A stretch of DNA of 64,000 nucleotides from Mitosporidium daphniae (taxonomy: Eukaryota): assembly GCF_000760515.2 (NCBI RefSeq), contig NW_013546511.1:1-64000 (forward strand). Direction: 5' to 3'. Below, piece by piece: positions 48,369 through 59,526 of this stretch (positions within the stretch are counted from its first letter, which is position 1; every line of letters begins with the position of its first letter). The notes beneath the pieces were generated by a model, which did not search any database, was not told the DNA's origin, and saw nothing but the letters and a program-made list of their open reading frames with translations. The position numbers and the translations under genes are program-made.

Positions 48369-48887
48369 ATGTCCAAATATAAAAATACGCTTCAAGGAAT
48401 CACTAATACTGCATCGGTGGCAGTCAAAGTAGGCATATTTTCTATTCTCCTTCGGGAATATTTGTTTGACGTTGCAATTGTAAGAAGCGTGTGTTTTATA
48501 ATGTACTAGCCTTCTGGCCCGTCCATGTTTCCCACGCTCAACACAAGTGGCGATGCAATTTTGATCCAAAAAAAAAGGGCTCGCTGCAGCAGGCCATTTG
48601 AGCTAAATGATGTGATAACAGCGATCAGTCCAATTGAGCCCAAGAAAATAATTTGCAAAAGGATCTCGGCAAAGGTAAATTCAATTTAATGAGTCTAGGA
48701 AGGCGAATTGGCCGTTACCATTGGCCACGAGCACATGATTATTCCAAAAGGACATGTGTGGCTTCTTGGAGACAATCCAGAAGAGTCGATAGACTCCAGA
48801 CACTATGGCCCGGTTCCGATTGGGCTGATCCAAGGGAAGGCCATTTGTAAGATTTTGCCACTTTCAAATATATTTGCAGCGTTGTAA
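48369..48887 (+). CDS. IMP1: Mitochondrial inner membrane peptidase (Imp1-like, S26), 3 exons
   Basis: Spliced GPSMFPTL (catalytic Ser), ICKRI (catalytic Lys), IPKGHVWLLGDN..S.DSRHYGPVP. Confidence 0.88.
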
Positions 48888-48909
48888 ACTTAAATTTTGC
48901 AAGTTTAAA

Positions 48910-49016
48910 AAATCACTGATGAGTGATTGATTAGGTTAAACAGCACAGGCCCGCCAATCATATCTGCCTTCTGCCAAAATCACAAGCGACTCACCGATGA
49001 TTACTCAACCAATCAT
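48910..49016 (+). promoter_or_regulatory. Candidate CCAAT-box cluster upstream of the cyclin gene
   Basis: Two CCAATCA copies and several AATCA/TGATT words in a 300-bp intergenic gap. Confidence 0.35.
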
Positions 49017-49198
49017 ACATAAAGCCAACTTTGTAATGCATCATCAGCATCAAAATCTTGACAAGCTTTGAGTTTATTTTCACTAGCTATAATTGCTGTA
49101 TCACATCTGCCTTCCCATCATCGATCAGGAAGACAACACAAATTTACACTTTAATTGTTCTAGCTTTGCTAAGGACGCTATAAGTGATTTGACTTTGG

Positions 49199-50302
49199 AT
49201 GCTTTGTACTTCAAGAATAGGACCGTTTCCTATGAATCAAATGACATTTGGCGGAACTAACAATGCTTTTACATATGTTGAACCATATTTAAGCCACAGT
49301 GCTATTTCTTTGGCATCTGCTGCTGCTAGACCACACAACTATTGTGCATTTCCTGGAAATACGGGTCCTTACCTCGCCTCGTCATTTGGACAAACCACAA
49401 TTACTGCTCTTGTTCAACCTTCGGTTTCACTTAACCTGTATGTCTCCATACTGACAGAGGTTATCTTGATCAAGACATCGAACACGCTCAATGGATCCCT
49501 CCCGACGGATTCTTGGCCCCGTTCTCCTTTGCCTCTTTTAAGAGACTTTGTCCTGCAGCTGATCCTGATCTCTCAAAGCCTTCCCATTACACTTCTTATC
49601 GTGTTGGTCCTGCTGGACCGGCTCAGAATGTCGCTTCCATACTATGCGGTGGGAACAAACGAGACAGGCCATCGAGTCTTTCTTGCTGCGCTTATTGTGG
49701 CAAACAAGTTCCTGCTGGATATACCGGTAAAAAATAGCGTCTGGTCGCAGTGGACCAACAATTACTACTCGATCGTTGATATCAATTTTATGGAGCGCCA
49801 ATTTCTAAATCTATTGCACCATGATATCGAGGTATCGCTCAACGAAGTTCAGCAGCAGTTATGTCTTGTCCAAAGACTCCATTATCATCCGCACCAGCAA
49901 AATCGATTCAACGACCACAAGCGGAATATTACGCCAAAACATTCTCATCATACGATGTCATATCCTCAATTTGCACCACCCCTTTGTCCGTGTAGTGCAT
50001 ACACGGGCGAAAAAAAACGAGTCCATTGTAACCTGTGTAGTGGTGGGTCCTCTGCGCCATCAACAACAGTTGCATCGGCGTTTATTCCGATCCACCCGCT
50101 ACCTTTTCAATTGAAAAGACAAAAGGGTCAATTTGAGGATAATTTTTATTCACTTCATAATATTCCATCTCCATGTCCATCTCTTGAAAGATCTCCAATC
50201 CACTTTGTATATCCACAATCAGCATACCGGTCATCTTCATTATCATCTAATTGGATTGCGTCCCAACCAGCGTCCTTTTCCCAGTCGATCTCTTTTGTTT
50301 AA
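49199..50302 (+). CDS. Pho85-type cyclin (Pcl1/2 family)
   Basis: LLDRLR, HRVFLAALIVANKFLLD..N..W, INFMERQFL.LL. Confidence 0.88.
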   Translation: MLCTSRIGPFPMNQMTFGGTNNAFTYVEPYLSHSAISLASAAARPHNYCAFPGNTGPYLASSFGQTTITALVQPSVSLNLYVSILTEVILIKTSNTLNGSLPTDSWPRSPLPLLRDFVLQLILISQSLPITLLIVLVLLDRLRMSLPYYAVGTNETGHRVFLAALIVANKFLLDIPVKNSVWSQWTNNYYSIVDINFMERQFLNLLHHDIEVSLNEVQQQLCLVQRLHYHPHQQNRFNDHKRNITPKHSHHTMSYPQFAPPLCPCSAYTGEKKRVHCNLCSGGSSAPSTTVASAFIPIHPLPFQLKRQKGQFEDNFYSLHNIPSPCPSLERSPIHFVYPQSAYRSSSLSSNWIASQPASFSQSISFV

Positions 50303-50363
50303 ACGACATCGGCACCAAAGAAGTTTAATAAACTAACTATTCTTGCACAGGTTTGGAATTAAT

Positions 50364-51117
50364 TTATAAGCAGCTGATGCAGGCCAAATGGGATTCGGCT
50401 GACAATTCGCGGTCCTCGTTGAGGGAAGCCACCAGAATGGGCATGGTACATGATGGCGAGCTTAAAATGGGAACCTATGTGTAAGCAAAGCGCCATTTGC
50501 CACCAACATTGGTCATCAGCACTATTCTATTGGGCGAAAAGCTGATTGGAGGATGCCCGGACGCAGCAACTTCCAGAAAAGAACATTTAGGGGCGAAAAT
50601 GACCGATTCCTTGGGAAAGTTGGATAAATCCAGCACCACTGTGGCCTCGCCTTTGCATAAAATATGGCGTCACGCAATTACCTGATGGGTCACACACTCG
50701 AATATAAAAGGTCGACCCAAAATAACAGTCTTGATCGATATGCCGAATGATTGCGGCGAAAAAGGGCGCTCGATCTCGTGAGGAAGTATCAAGCAGCGAC
50801 AACAGACCAATTTCATACAAGATCTTGGATTTAAATTAAAAACAACGGCAAACTGGGTTGGCGAATTTGGATCTAAAATATTCAAGTGCCGCGGCCTGGG
50901 CGTATTGCCATTTCGGAATTTCCGAAATCAGCTCGTCGTTTCCCTCAGGTAAAATATGAATTTCTTCGGACGAACGTGGTATCGCAGATGAGACGAATGG
51001 AGACGGCGAAGCCGGCGAAATACGTGGAGATGGTGCAAGAGACTTGATTTCATCAAGCAGATCTATAAGCCCGTCGTCGTCGTTGTCGTTATCATCATTT
51101 TTGATGAATGAAGACAT
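50364..51117 (-). CDS. Probable OB-fold protein, HROB/MCM8IP-like (4 exons)
   Basis: Spliced RAPFFAAIIRHI..IRVCDPSGEATVVL..IVLMTNVPILSSPS resembles the HROB core (DPTGE motif). Confidence 0.5.
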
Positions 51118-51238
51118 GCCGGCTTGATACCCCCAAAGCTCAGCTATTGTTAACGACCCCAACTAATATTTCAATTGGCTGATGCAAATTTTAATCTCGT
51201 GCTATAAATTGCAATCAAGCCGATCAAGCCAAACTAAC

Positions 51239-52460
51239 ATGAGTCAAACTCCAAGTACCGGGGCAGACTCTACCGTTTTCGAACGATTGACTAACATCGA
51301 ACTGATTTCCAGGGACGAAAACACAAATACATTTATCTACAATGGTGCAGAGGTAGAATCCCATTTTGGTGCTCGCGGTATCTACGGTAAGGAATTAACT
51401 TTGACATGTTTGCTATCCGTAGGTGGTCTTGTAGCTTCCCAGGCACTTGTTGCTGCAATTCGAAGTGTTAAGCTTTTATCCAACAATGAGGATTGGGTTT
51501 GTCATTCTTTTCATTCCTATTTCCTGTTGCCTGGAAAATTTAATCTCCCCATCAGTTTCAAAGTGACTCCGCTTAGAGCTGGGCGCTCTTTCTCCGTCTG
51601 GAGAATAGATGGACACCAATATCTAAATCGGCCATTATTTGTAATGGAGGCTTCTTTCAAAAAGATGGATCAACAGAGCATCCAAAAGGCCCTGTCTGAT
51701 AAAGGAACGACAGGTAAACTCGGACAGCCGTTGATGGTTAGATTCGAATTTTCCGATCCATCAATATCCAGAACCGGAAACGCTCTGCTCGTACGTGATA
51801 TTTTTCGCAATTTTTTGATATCTAAACCTCGTTAGGGATCTCTCGGATGAGCTTAGATCGTCCACCAGTACTTCCCTGGACAACAAAAAAAGGACTCGGT
51901 TGAGGGCAGCTTTAATAGCTCTTCGAGATGAATGGCACATTTTCGAAGAAAGGCCATGCAACCCATCCGGCATGAGAGCCCTACTACTTGAATCCCAACC
52001 ACATCCAGACGTCCACGTATGGTGCGTTCCCTTTATAAATAGGCGATGTGGATAAGACCCTACGAACTTACCTTTAACCCGATGGATCTTGGGCTACAGC
52101 AAGTATGAGCGTTTTATTTTTCTGTTGGCCCTAGCTATATATGCTTCGGATCATATTTTGTTTACCGCTGCATTGTCAAAGGGGGTGAGAGGAGTTGGAG
52201 ATCGAAAAATGAAGTTCATGGCAACACTCGACCATACGTTATATTTTCACGAACCCATCAAGTAACTTGCTAGCGGGTCGCTAATCTTAGGATGGATCAA
52301 TGGGTGCTTTGGGTGACAAAGGTAAAGGGAAAAGAAAAAACTGGAATTTTAGGTTGAATGGATCAAATACGACAGAGCTCTTGTCTCTGGTCATCTTTAT
52401 CGACGGGACGGTCTTCTTCTAATGAGCGGATTTCAGGAGGGCATTTTAAGCCTCGACTAG
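51239..52460 (+). CDS. TES1: Acyl-CoA thioesterase II (Tes1/ACOT8), multi-exon
   Basis: RGIYGGLVASQAL, HSFHSYFLLPG, LRAGRSF, YASD, MATLDHTLYFH, QEG. Confidence 0.9.
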
Positions 52461-52704
52461 GGGTGCAAAGACACCCAACCAAACACCACTAGCATGTCAT
52501 TTTTGTAATAAATTTCGTCGTCTTGAAAAGTTTAACTTTGTATTGTGCCCCAAATTCGGCAATCAAATTCAACGTTGCCAATTGCACGTTGCTTTGGCAA
52601 ACAAAAGTTGGTGGCGCGACTTGTGCGGTTTGGCGGCCCAATAAAGTTTGATGCGGTGAAATTAGGGGCCTGATATGAGCCGATAAGGTTCATGTTTTTA
52701 CAAA

Positions 52705-52923
52705 ATGCCTCTGGGCAGACGTCCAATGCTGCAGCTTCTCTATCCACGGGCACGAATGTTAAGAGCCACCATCAACAGGGCGTTGGTGAGCGCAAGAAAA
52801 GATGGCTCAGAAATCTATCCAATGATAGGAATGTTGATCCTATTTGCGTCGTGGAGTGCCTATTACTATTCAAGCCGGAATTTCTCGCTTAAAGAAATTG
52901 ATACTCCACAGCGTAAAAAATAA
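52705..52923 (+). CDS. Small single-TM protein, possibly NDUFA4/B12D-like
   Basis: 72 aa; Arg-rich N-terminus, EIYPMIG followed by a TM segment. Confidence 0.45.
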   Translation: MPLGRRPMLQLLYPRARMLRATINRALVSARKDGSEIYPMIGMLILFASWSAYYYSSRNFSLKEIDTPQRKK

Positions 52924-52969
52924 AATCGGGAATTTCAAATTTTTGTGATTGTAAATACATACAGGCTCC

Positions 52970-55686
52970 ATGTCAACTGAACTTGTGACGCTTTTGGTAC
53001 GAGTCCTTGTTTGCTATAACGATGGTGTAGGGCGATTGGGTATCTTTATATTCGAAAAGCTTCAGCAATATTGACAAGTCAATCGAGGACTATTCGGTGA
53101 TTCTTCTCGAAGAAACCCAAATTGCCGAAGATACGGCGTGTTCCTCGTCTCTTGCCGAGGAATGGCTTGATCCAGATGTATGTGTGACGCCTATCTTTCA
53201 TTAGAGATCATACCCTGCCCAATTGGCCAAATTGGAGGGTGAAAAGAAGGACATTTTTAGGACGCAGGCGTTCTTTATATTTTATGAGAAGGAGCTATCT
53301 AGAATTGCCAAGGTATGTGCTTGCTTTGCCCATCAACAGGTTCTCTCCATTCTTGAGGATGATCTGTCCGCTGTATCTACAATTACAGAGTCTTTAGTGA
53401 TTTTAGAGACATCTTTGCCATTTCTCTCACCGCCCGTCATTCCAGTTCAGTTTTATTCTGCCGGGATTTTTAATGCGGAAATATCGGCACTTGTATCTTA
53501 CCATACTACTCTTGACCTGGTGTACCAAGAAAAGCTGAATGCGATTATTGAGAAGGCCAAGTCTCACGAAATAAGGTCTTGGATTGTTTACAAGGCCATT
53601 AAGGACCACGAGAAGAGCATATTTTCGATTGAGACTTCCGATAAATGGAATCGTATGGGTAAATTTTTAATGCAATGCCCTAGGATCCTCCTTTGAACTG
53701 CTAAGTAAATGGAAGCTGCTGCCTTTTGCTGCCACCGCATCTCCGCAGCCCAATGTTTTGCCATCGCTAGATATAGACGCCCCATTTACAAGACATTTGC
53801 CCATTGATTCTGTTCTTTGTTCTTTTGTTGAGCGATTGATCTCCGTGATATTTGGTATTTTCCGGCCTCTTAATATTAGATTCAAGCAGACTTCGTGTTC
53901 GTCTTGCCTACGATCAGGGCGCATCGTCCACTTTGCGTCTTTTGATTTCTCGTGAAGAGATAATAGTTCCGCTTAAAGAGGACGACAATAAGGAGCTGTT
54001 TGGTTGGAATTCCGACTTTTTTCTGGAGAAGCTCTCCAATATTTCTCTTGTGATTAAATTTATTTCAGAGCAAATATTGGTCCACCCGCATTTGAAATCG
54101 ATACTTGTGCCAATTATTTGCTCAAGTACCAAGTCGGTTTCTGGAAAGCCTTCGCACTCGTTTCTTGAAGCGTTGCGCAGATATATTTTGCACGACACCG
54201 TCCCGATGAGTCCTTCTCAAATGGCAGCTTTGCAGCCTGGAGGAAGTCTATGGAAGGCTGTTCAAAAAGTCGAAGATGAGCTTGTTGAATCTTTTGATCT
54301 GGCTCACTGCGAAGTGTCTCTTGGTCCTGGATTTATTACAGGCTCATTGCAGCTTATTCGGAATCGATATTCGGTATTGCTGGCGTCTGAGGTGCGATAC
54401 AAGTCTCTTTATTTGATGAATCATCCCGACAATCGACTTGTGTCGTGGGAGAATCCGCCCGGCGTTACTTTGCCTCCAAAATATGTAGCAATGCTCACGA
54501 GCAATGCAGTTGTCAACGATCTTGCCCAAGATGCCCACTCTCTGCACAGAGACTCTGATCATGAAAATGAGTCTTTGGAGTATGCCATTACAAATTTGCT
54601 TTTTGATGGAAAAAAGTTCCATTTAAAAGTGCTGCAACTGCTTAAATTTATGCTGTTTTTGATTTCATTTGCAGACAGGCTTCCCGAGGCGTTTCCGTTT
54701 GACATTGAAAAGGTTTTTTTTGAAATTTTCGATTCATACGTGAAAAACTTTTCCCCCTCCACAGGGTAACAATTTGCTTTGTAAATCACAAATAGAAAGG
54801 GGCATTCTCGAATTCTTGCTTCGCCAGAGACGACGTTCCTTTTTGTGAATGATTCTCTGCTGCTCTCCAGAGCCATCTTGGTAGAGTTGATACCAAAGCT
54901 ATTGGCAATGAAAAAATGCCCCAATCCACAAAGCATAGACAAATACTCCCGCATCGTCTTGATGGCTGCGGAGCTTCGTCGAATCGCAGATGAAACCATC
55001 CACATCCAGCTTCAAAATCAAAAGAGCTTTATCGGCTCCAAGCTTGAAAATCGCCAAGTGTTCGTATGCCTGGGAGTATCGCCAAAGAATCGGATGATTT
55101 TGGATGAGCAATTGAAAAAAATCCAAATTTCGCTACAGCAGCAGCTCCACTCTCTCAATGCAAGCTTGGCCTTTTCTTACTTTTGTAGAGAATCATTGCA
55201 AAGGGATCATACCGAAGATTTGCTGGTCAGATCTTTTCTTATATCCTCGGGACGATATCCAAGATGGAGTTTGGATTGGAGGCCATTTCTCGGGAGGATG
55301 CGTTCCAGCTATACTCGTTAAATCAGTTCATAATTACGTGGTCAGAGTCGCTATCAATTTTAGATTCGCTAAATGAGACCACCACGTTCAGGTCATTTTC
55401 TGAACTGGCCATGCTTTTTTCAGCAGGAGATAGAGAACTTATTGGGGCAAGGAAAATAGAGAAAATCCTGCTTTATATTCCGAATTGGATCTCCTTTATC
55501 CACTTGACAAACATCTTTTGCTGGAAGCTTGAGGAAATTGTCGAGTTTTCAATGTCTGCTTGCAATTCGGTGCATGCAAAAGACTTGGTTGTTCCACCGA
55601 AAGTAATCCTTTCGCTGGTGAAGGCTATTTTCGCAGACTCTGATGTGCGAAGAGAAGCCATCCATGTGCTCTCCAAGTGTGTCTAG
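52970..55686 (+). CDS. ZW10: ZW10/Dsl1 tethering/kinetochore protein, multi-exon
   Basis: Long helical protein; C-terminus LEEIV..ILSLVKAIFADSDVRREAI matches the ZW10 C-terminal pattern. Confidence 0.65.
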
Positions 55687-55754
55687 AGTAAAATAAACGA
55701 TAACACTACAATGGCAATCATGATGGTCGCGCAACGGTGGCCAGTCGCACAAAA

Positions 55755-56274
55755 TTAGCTGGACAACGCCATTTTCTCAAATTGCAGACAGTGGAGATGA
55801 AATAGGGTTTCCATGCCGATGGAATTTACAATTTCTAGCGTTACAAGCAATGCGTTACCAAGCTCATCGACGGCCAATCGCCTATTTTTCTTATGATGAC
55901 ACATTTTTCCTTTAACCAAAACAACAAAGCCTAATTTTATATTTTGATCGTCATTGCGCTCAGTGATCGTTAAAGTGCAATCAATGGTGGCCGTCGTGTC
56001 GTCCACTAATAAATTGCGCTTTTAAAAATTGACTCTTACCGGTGAAAATCCTTTTTTGCATCCTTCTCTCTATGCTCACTATGATGCCGCAAATCTCAAC
56101 CCTATGTAACGGAACTGATCCAAATAGTAGAACATCTGATGTCATTATGTGGGAAATTTTCATACTCTGAAACACCGGATTGCAGGCTTCTAGCTGCAAA
56201 AGCCTCTTGACGTGGACTCTTGAATACATCCAAAAGGAAGAAAAGGAGCCCCACTGGGTTGGATTCGATATCAT
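55755..56274 (-). CDS. STN1: CST complex OB-fold subunit Stn1 (N-terminal OB fold only)
   Basis: Spliced PLHRVEICGIIVSI..IFTVDDTTATIDC..LGFVVLVKGK..ETLFH. Confidence 0.7.
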
Positions 56275-56346
56275 GGCCCTAAAATTTAAACCTCATTTAA
56301 AGTTTAAAGCTACAAAGTACTGATTAAATTTTTATCAACCTACAAG

Positions 56347-57711
56347 ATGGACAGTAACAATTCCAATTTGCAATTACTGGATTCAGCTTCTGGCGGCACT
56401 GCATCCGACCAAGCTTCAGAACCTACCACCAGTTCTTTAGAAAAACACGAGCCAATAAGCACATCTAAGCGACCGCGTGGCCGTCCAACAGGTTCCAAAA
56501 ACAAATCCTCTTCCTCTGTAACACCTTCGATCGTTGAATCGAAGGCGAATTCGAATGCTGTTGAAGGAAAGAGAAGAAGAGGGCGTCCCGTTGGCTCAAC
56601 ATCTATATCTCACCAACGGAGTAATAAAAAGGATGCTTCCCTTATTTCGGAAATCCTTAATTCACCGAGCATGCTCACAGCATTCCTTAATGGAAGCAAG
56701 TGCATTTGCTTTAATTCAAAAGACGATATTAAGCGGTTCGTAATTGACTGGTCAATGTCGATCGGAAAAGCCTTCAAAGTCCTCAAGTCTTCTCAGCGCC
56801 GATACGAAGTTGGATGTCCCTGGCAATTCGATTCTACCAACGAACAGGAGGGGGATTCCCTAGATTTTGATAAAGAAAAAATCGATGAAAATCTGATCAA
56901 CATTCCTGAAGAAATAATGTCCGACTCCTCCCAAAACGCACAATCAACGTCGCCCACATCTGATTGTCCTTTCAGGCTTTCTTTGAATTTCAGCACAAAG
57001 GCAAACGGATGGAATGTCCGCAGTTTTATTGCACATTCTTGTCCAAACTCCAACAGATTGAAAAAGGTCCCTGTTCACTGGATATTGGAGAAATTCAAGT
57101 CCCTTTATCAGGTCAATACCCAGGATATGTTAACTCTTCCAGATACCTCGAGCCCTGGCGAATCTTTGACCGGAAACGAAGGTGAAACCCAAAGTGAGCT
57201 GGAAACTTGCAATTTTAGAACCACACTTACGAAGCCCATTGTTGAGTCCTTTACCCCTAGTCGCGTTCAGGCAGCAATTCTGGAGTCATTTGGCATAGAA
57301 ATTCCATATCCATCTGCTTGGAAATGCCTCTCTCTACTGCAACAGGAATACGGAATAGACGTCCATTCTCAATACTCTGCGCCTGTAAGCCAATTTCAGG
57401 ATTCAATTCGAAGAGGGCCTGGAAGGCCCAAAAAGGCACTGTTGAATTCGGTGAAGGACAAACACAACTATTGCGCGATTGAAACGTTCTCGGAGCCATT
57501 TGTGCCAAGCTATGACCATTCAATATTTGGGCAAACCCCTTTTGAGCTCCAAAACTTTAATTCATTCTCTATGCCTCCTCGGTCCGGAAATGAGTACATG
57601 GTGGCCACGCCAATCGCATCCTCATCCACGACCACCACCACCACGTCCTCTTCATCAATGGTATCTAACGAAGAAGTTACCAACCGGGAATATGATAGAC
57701 AAAGCAGTTAG
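56347..57711 (+). CDS. AT-hook protein with MULE/MuDR-derived DNA-binding domain
   Basis: AT-hooks RPRGRP, RRRGRP, GPGRPKK; FNSKDDIKRFV..FKVLKS..RYEVGC..CPFRL..W.V..HSC; FGIEIPYPSAWK. Confidence 0.75.
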   Translation: MDSNNSNLQLLDSASGGTASDQASEPTTSSLEKHEPISTSKRPRGRPTGSKNKSSSSVTPSIVESKANSNAVEGKRRRGRPVGSTSISHQRSNKKDASLISEILNSPSMLTAFLNGSKCICFNSKDDIKRFVIDWSMSIGKAFKVLKSSQRRYEVGCPWQFDSTNEQEGDSLDFDKEKIDENLINIPEEIMSDSSQNAQSTSPTSDCPFRLSLNFSTKANGWNVRSFIAHSCPNSNRLKKVPVHWILEKFKSLYQVNTQDMLTLPDTSSPGESLTGNEGETQSELETCNFRTTLTKPIVESFTPSRVQAAILESFGIEIPYPSAWKCLSLLQQEYGIDVHSQYSAPVSQFQDSIRRGPGRPKKALLNSVKDKHNYCAIETFSEPFVPSYDHSIFGQTPFELQNFNSFSMPPRSGNEYMVATPIASSSTTTTTTSSSSMVSNEEVTNREYDRQSS

Positions 57712-57756
57712 ATTTTACAATTTTATAATAAAAGTATCCTATTTTTAGGAGAAAGG

Positions 57757-59339
57757 CTAAATATTTTCCAAATCCAGTTCTTTCTCGTCGTCGTGGGTGC
57801 CGAAATCGGGATGGGCGGGTCGCCTGTCATATTCCAATAAATCGGTAAAAAACACCGAATTTTCGGCTTGCTTTGCTTCTAAAAACCCCCTTTTGAGGGC
57901 CTTTTTTGTCTTTACATTTTTCCTGCCTTTCGGTATTTTGTTTGCATCGGCCCTCTTTGCAGCGATCTCTGATGGCTTGTAGTCTGAAATTCCTCCAACA
58001 TCTAGCTCTTCATTGTCGCTCGAAAGGGCAAAGTCTCGGGTGCGCTTTTTGGCTTTTGAAAAATATTTCAAATGGCTAGCAGTGACATAAACCATTTCCT
58101 GAGAACCGCAGACCAAAAGAGGAATTTCGCTATTTTCGATTGGATTGTTCAGCGCCGAAATGGTTGAGATTGGCCAAAAGTTATCATCAGACACAATATC
58201 GACCGGAGACGAAGCGAATCGGAGGCCTGTGTTTTCTAGCCTTATGAACAAAAATTACCTTGCTCGTGATGGTCTTTTTGTTGGCCCACATTTTCCTCTT
58301 CTTGTTTTGCTTTTTCTCGATGGTAACCCTTGGCACCGGTACCATATTCGCCGTTGATATTATCGATGTCATCAAAATGGTGAGGAATCGCTGTCCATCC
58401 AAGTAAGGAGTTTGGCCGAATGCCGACATATCTCAGAAATCCATCTCCACCCCCCGTGGCAATTGCAGACGAATTAAGAGCTACCATCGAATCAACAGAA
58501 GAGGGATGTCCCAAAATCCTATCAGAAGGACCAGCCCAGTAGTCCCAAGAGAAAATGTTGACCGAGCCATCCTGCATGCCACAAACGAGGTTTTTGCCTT
58601 GAAATTAACGCGAAAACGTACCACCCTTTACGAAAGACATGGAGAGAATTTCCTCTTGAAGAGGATCGCTTGATGCCTTGCACTTGTTTTTACGGAGATC
58701 GTACACGTGTAGAAAGCCGTCCCCGCCGCCAGTAACCATTGTCTTTTTACTCGGAAGCGCCTGAATTGACGAAATAAAGTCAATATGGTCTTTGAACTGC
58801 ATAACTGCAGTTGCTCCCTTGCCGAGAATCCTTTCGTCCCATATCTAGCATGAAAGCGGTAAAACTCAACCTTTAATATGCCTTCATCATCTCCGGTGGC
58901 AAAAAGCTGCGAAGAAACGTACGAACATGCTTGAAGAGAAGACTCGTGTGCCTCTGGAAGAATAGCGTGAGGCCTTCCCGTTTCAATGTCACTCAATGCG
59001 ATAGAGCGGTCTGCAGATATCGTGCAAAGTTCTCGCAATTAAAATGGAAAATTAAATACTTGAACCGTCTTGTGAGACCAAGATTCCTCGACAAGAGTCA
59101 TTATGCACCAAGTCAAATGAGGTTACAATTCCGGGTTCAAATATGGGCCTTTTTTGTTCAAATCCCAGCTTGTAACTAGGCCATGAAAATACGCAAACCA
59201 AACCATAGTATTTCGCCAGTTGAGAGTCCGACATAAATGAAAGGCTTTGAAGGATGGGTTCCTGTTGATATCACAGGAGCCTCGCAACGTTTACAAGAAG
59301 AAAAAGAAAAAAAAGACGCATGACTACGAGATGGACCAT
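57757..59339 (-). CDS. WDR55: WD40 protein WDR55/Jip5, multi-exon
   Basis: TISADRSI, FATGDDEG, DHIDFIS, TGGGDG; 23-nt intron 58236-58258 joins the last exon, which carries FFTDL. Confidence 0.82.
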
Positions 59340-59355
59340 TCATCCAGCGCCAGCA

Positions 59356-59410
59356 ATTTAATAAAATTAAATTTTAATAAAACGAAAATTTAATAAAATC
59401 AAAATTTAAT
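59356..59410. repeat. Degenerate AT-rich tandem repeat (AATTTAATAAAA-like x3-4) in the WDR55/PHO85 divergent promoter
   Basis: aatttaataaaa, attttaataaaa, aatttaataaaa, aatttaat. Confidence 0.6.
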
Positions 59411-59526
59411 CTTCAAATTTACATTGTCCATTGGTTATTTATGTTCAGCCAATAGGTTACCCACAGAACTAGTATTTTTATTCCTTCTCCCTTTGGCTCT
59501 TCCGAATAGCTTCTTCTTAAATATTA

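Noticed and set aside
57757..58251. Separate 164-aa gene
   Set aside because: It is the last exon of WDR55, joined in frame by the 23-nt intron 58236-58258
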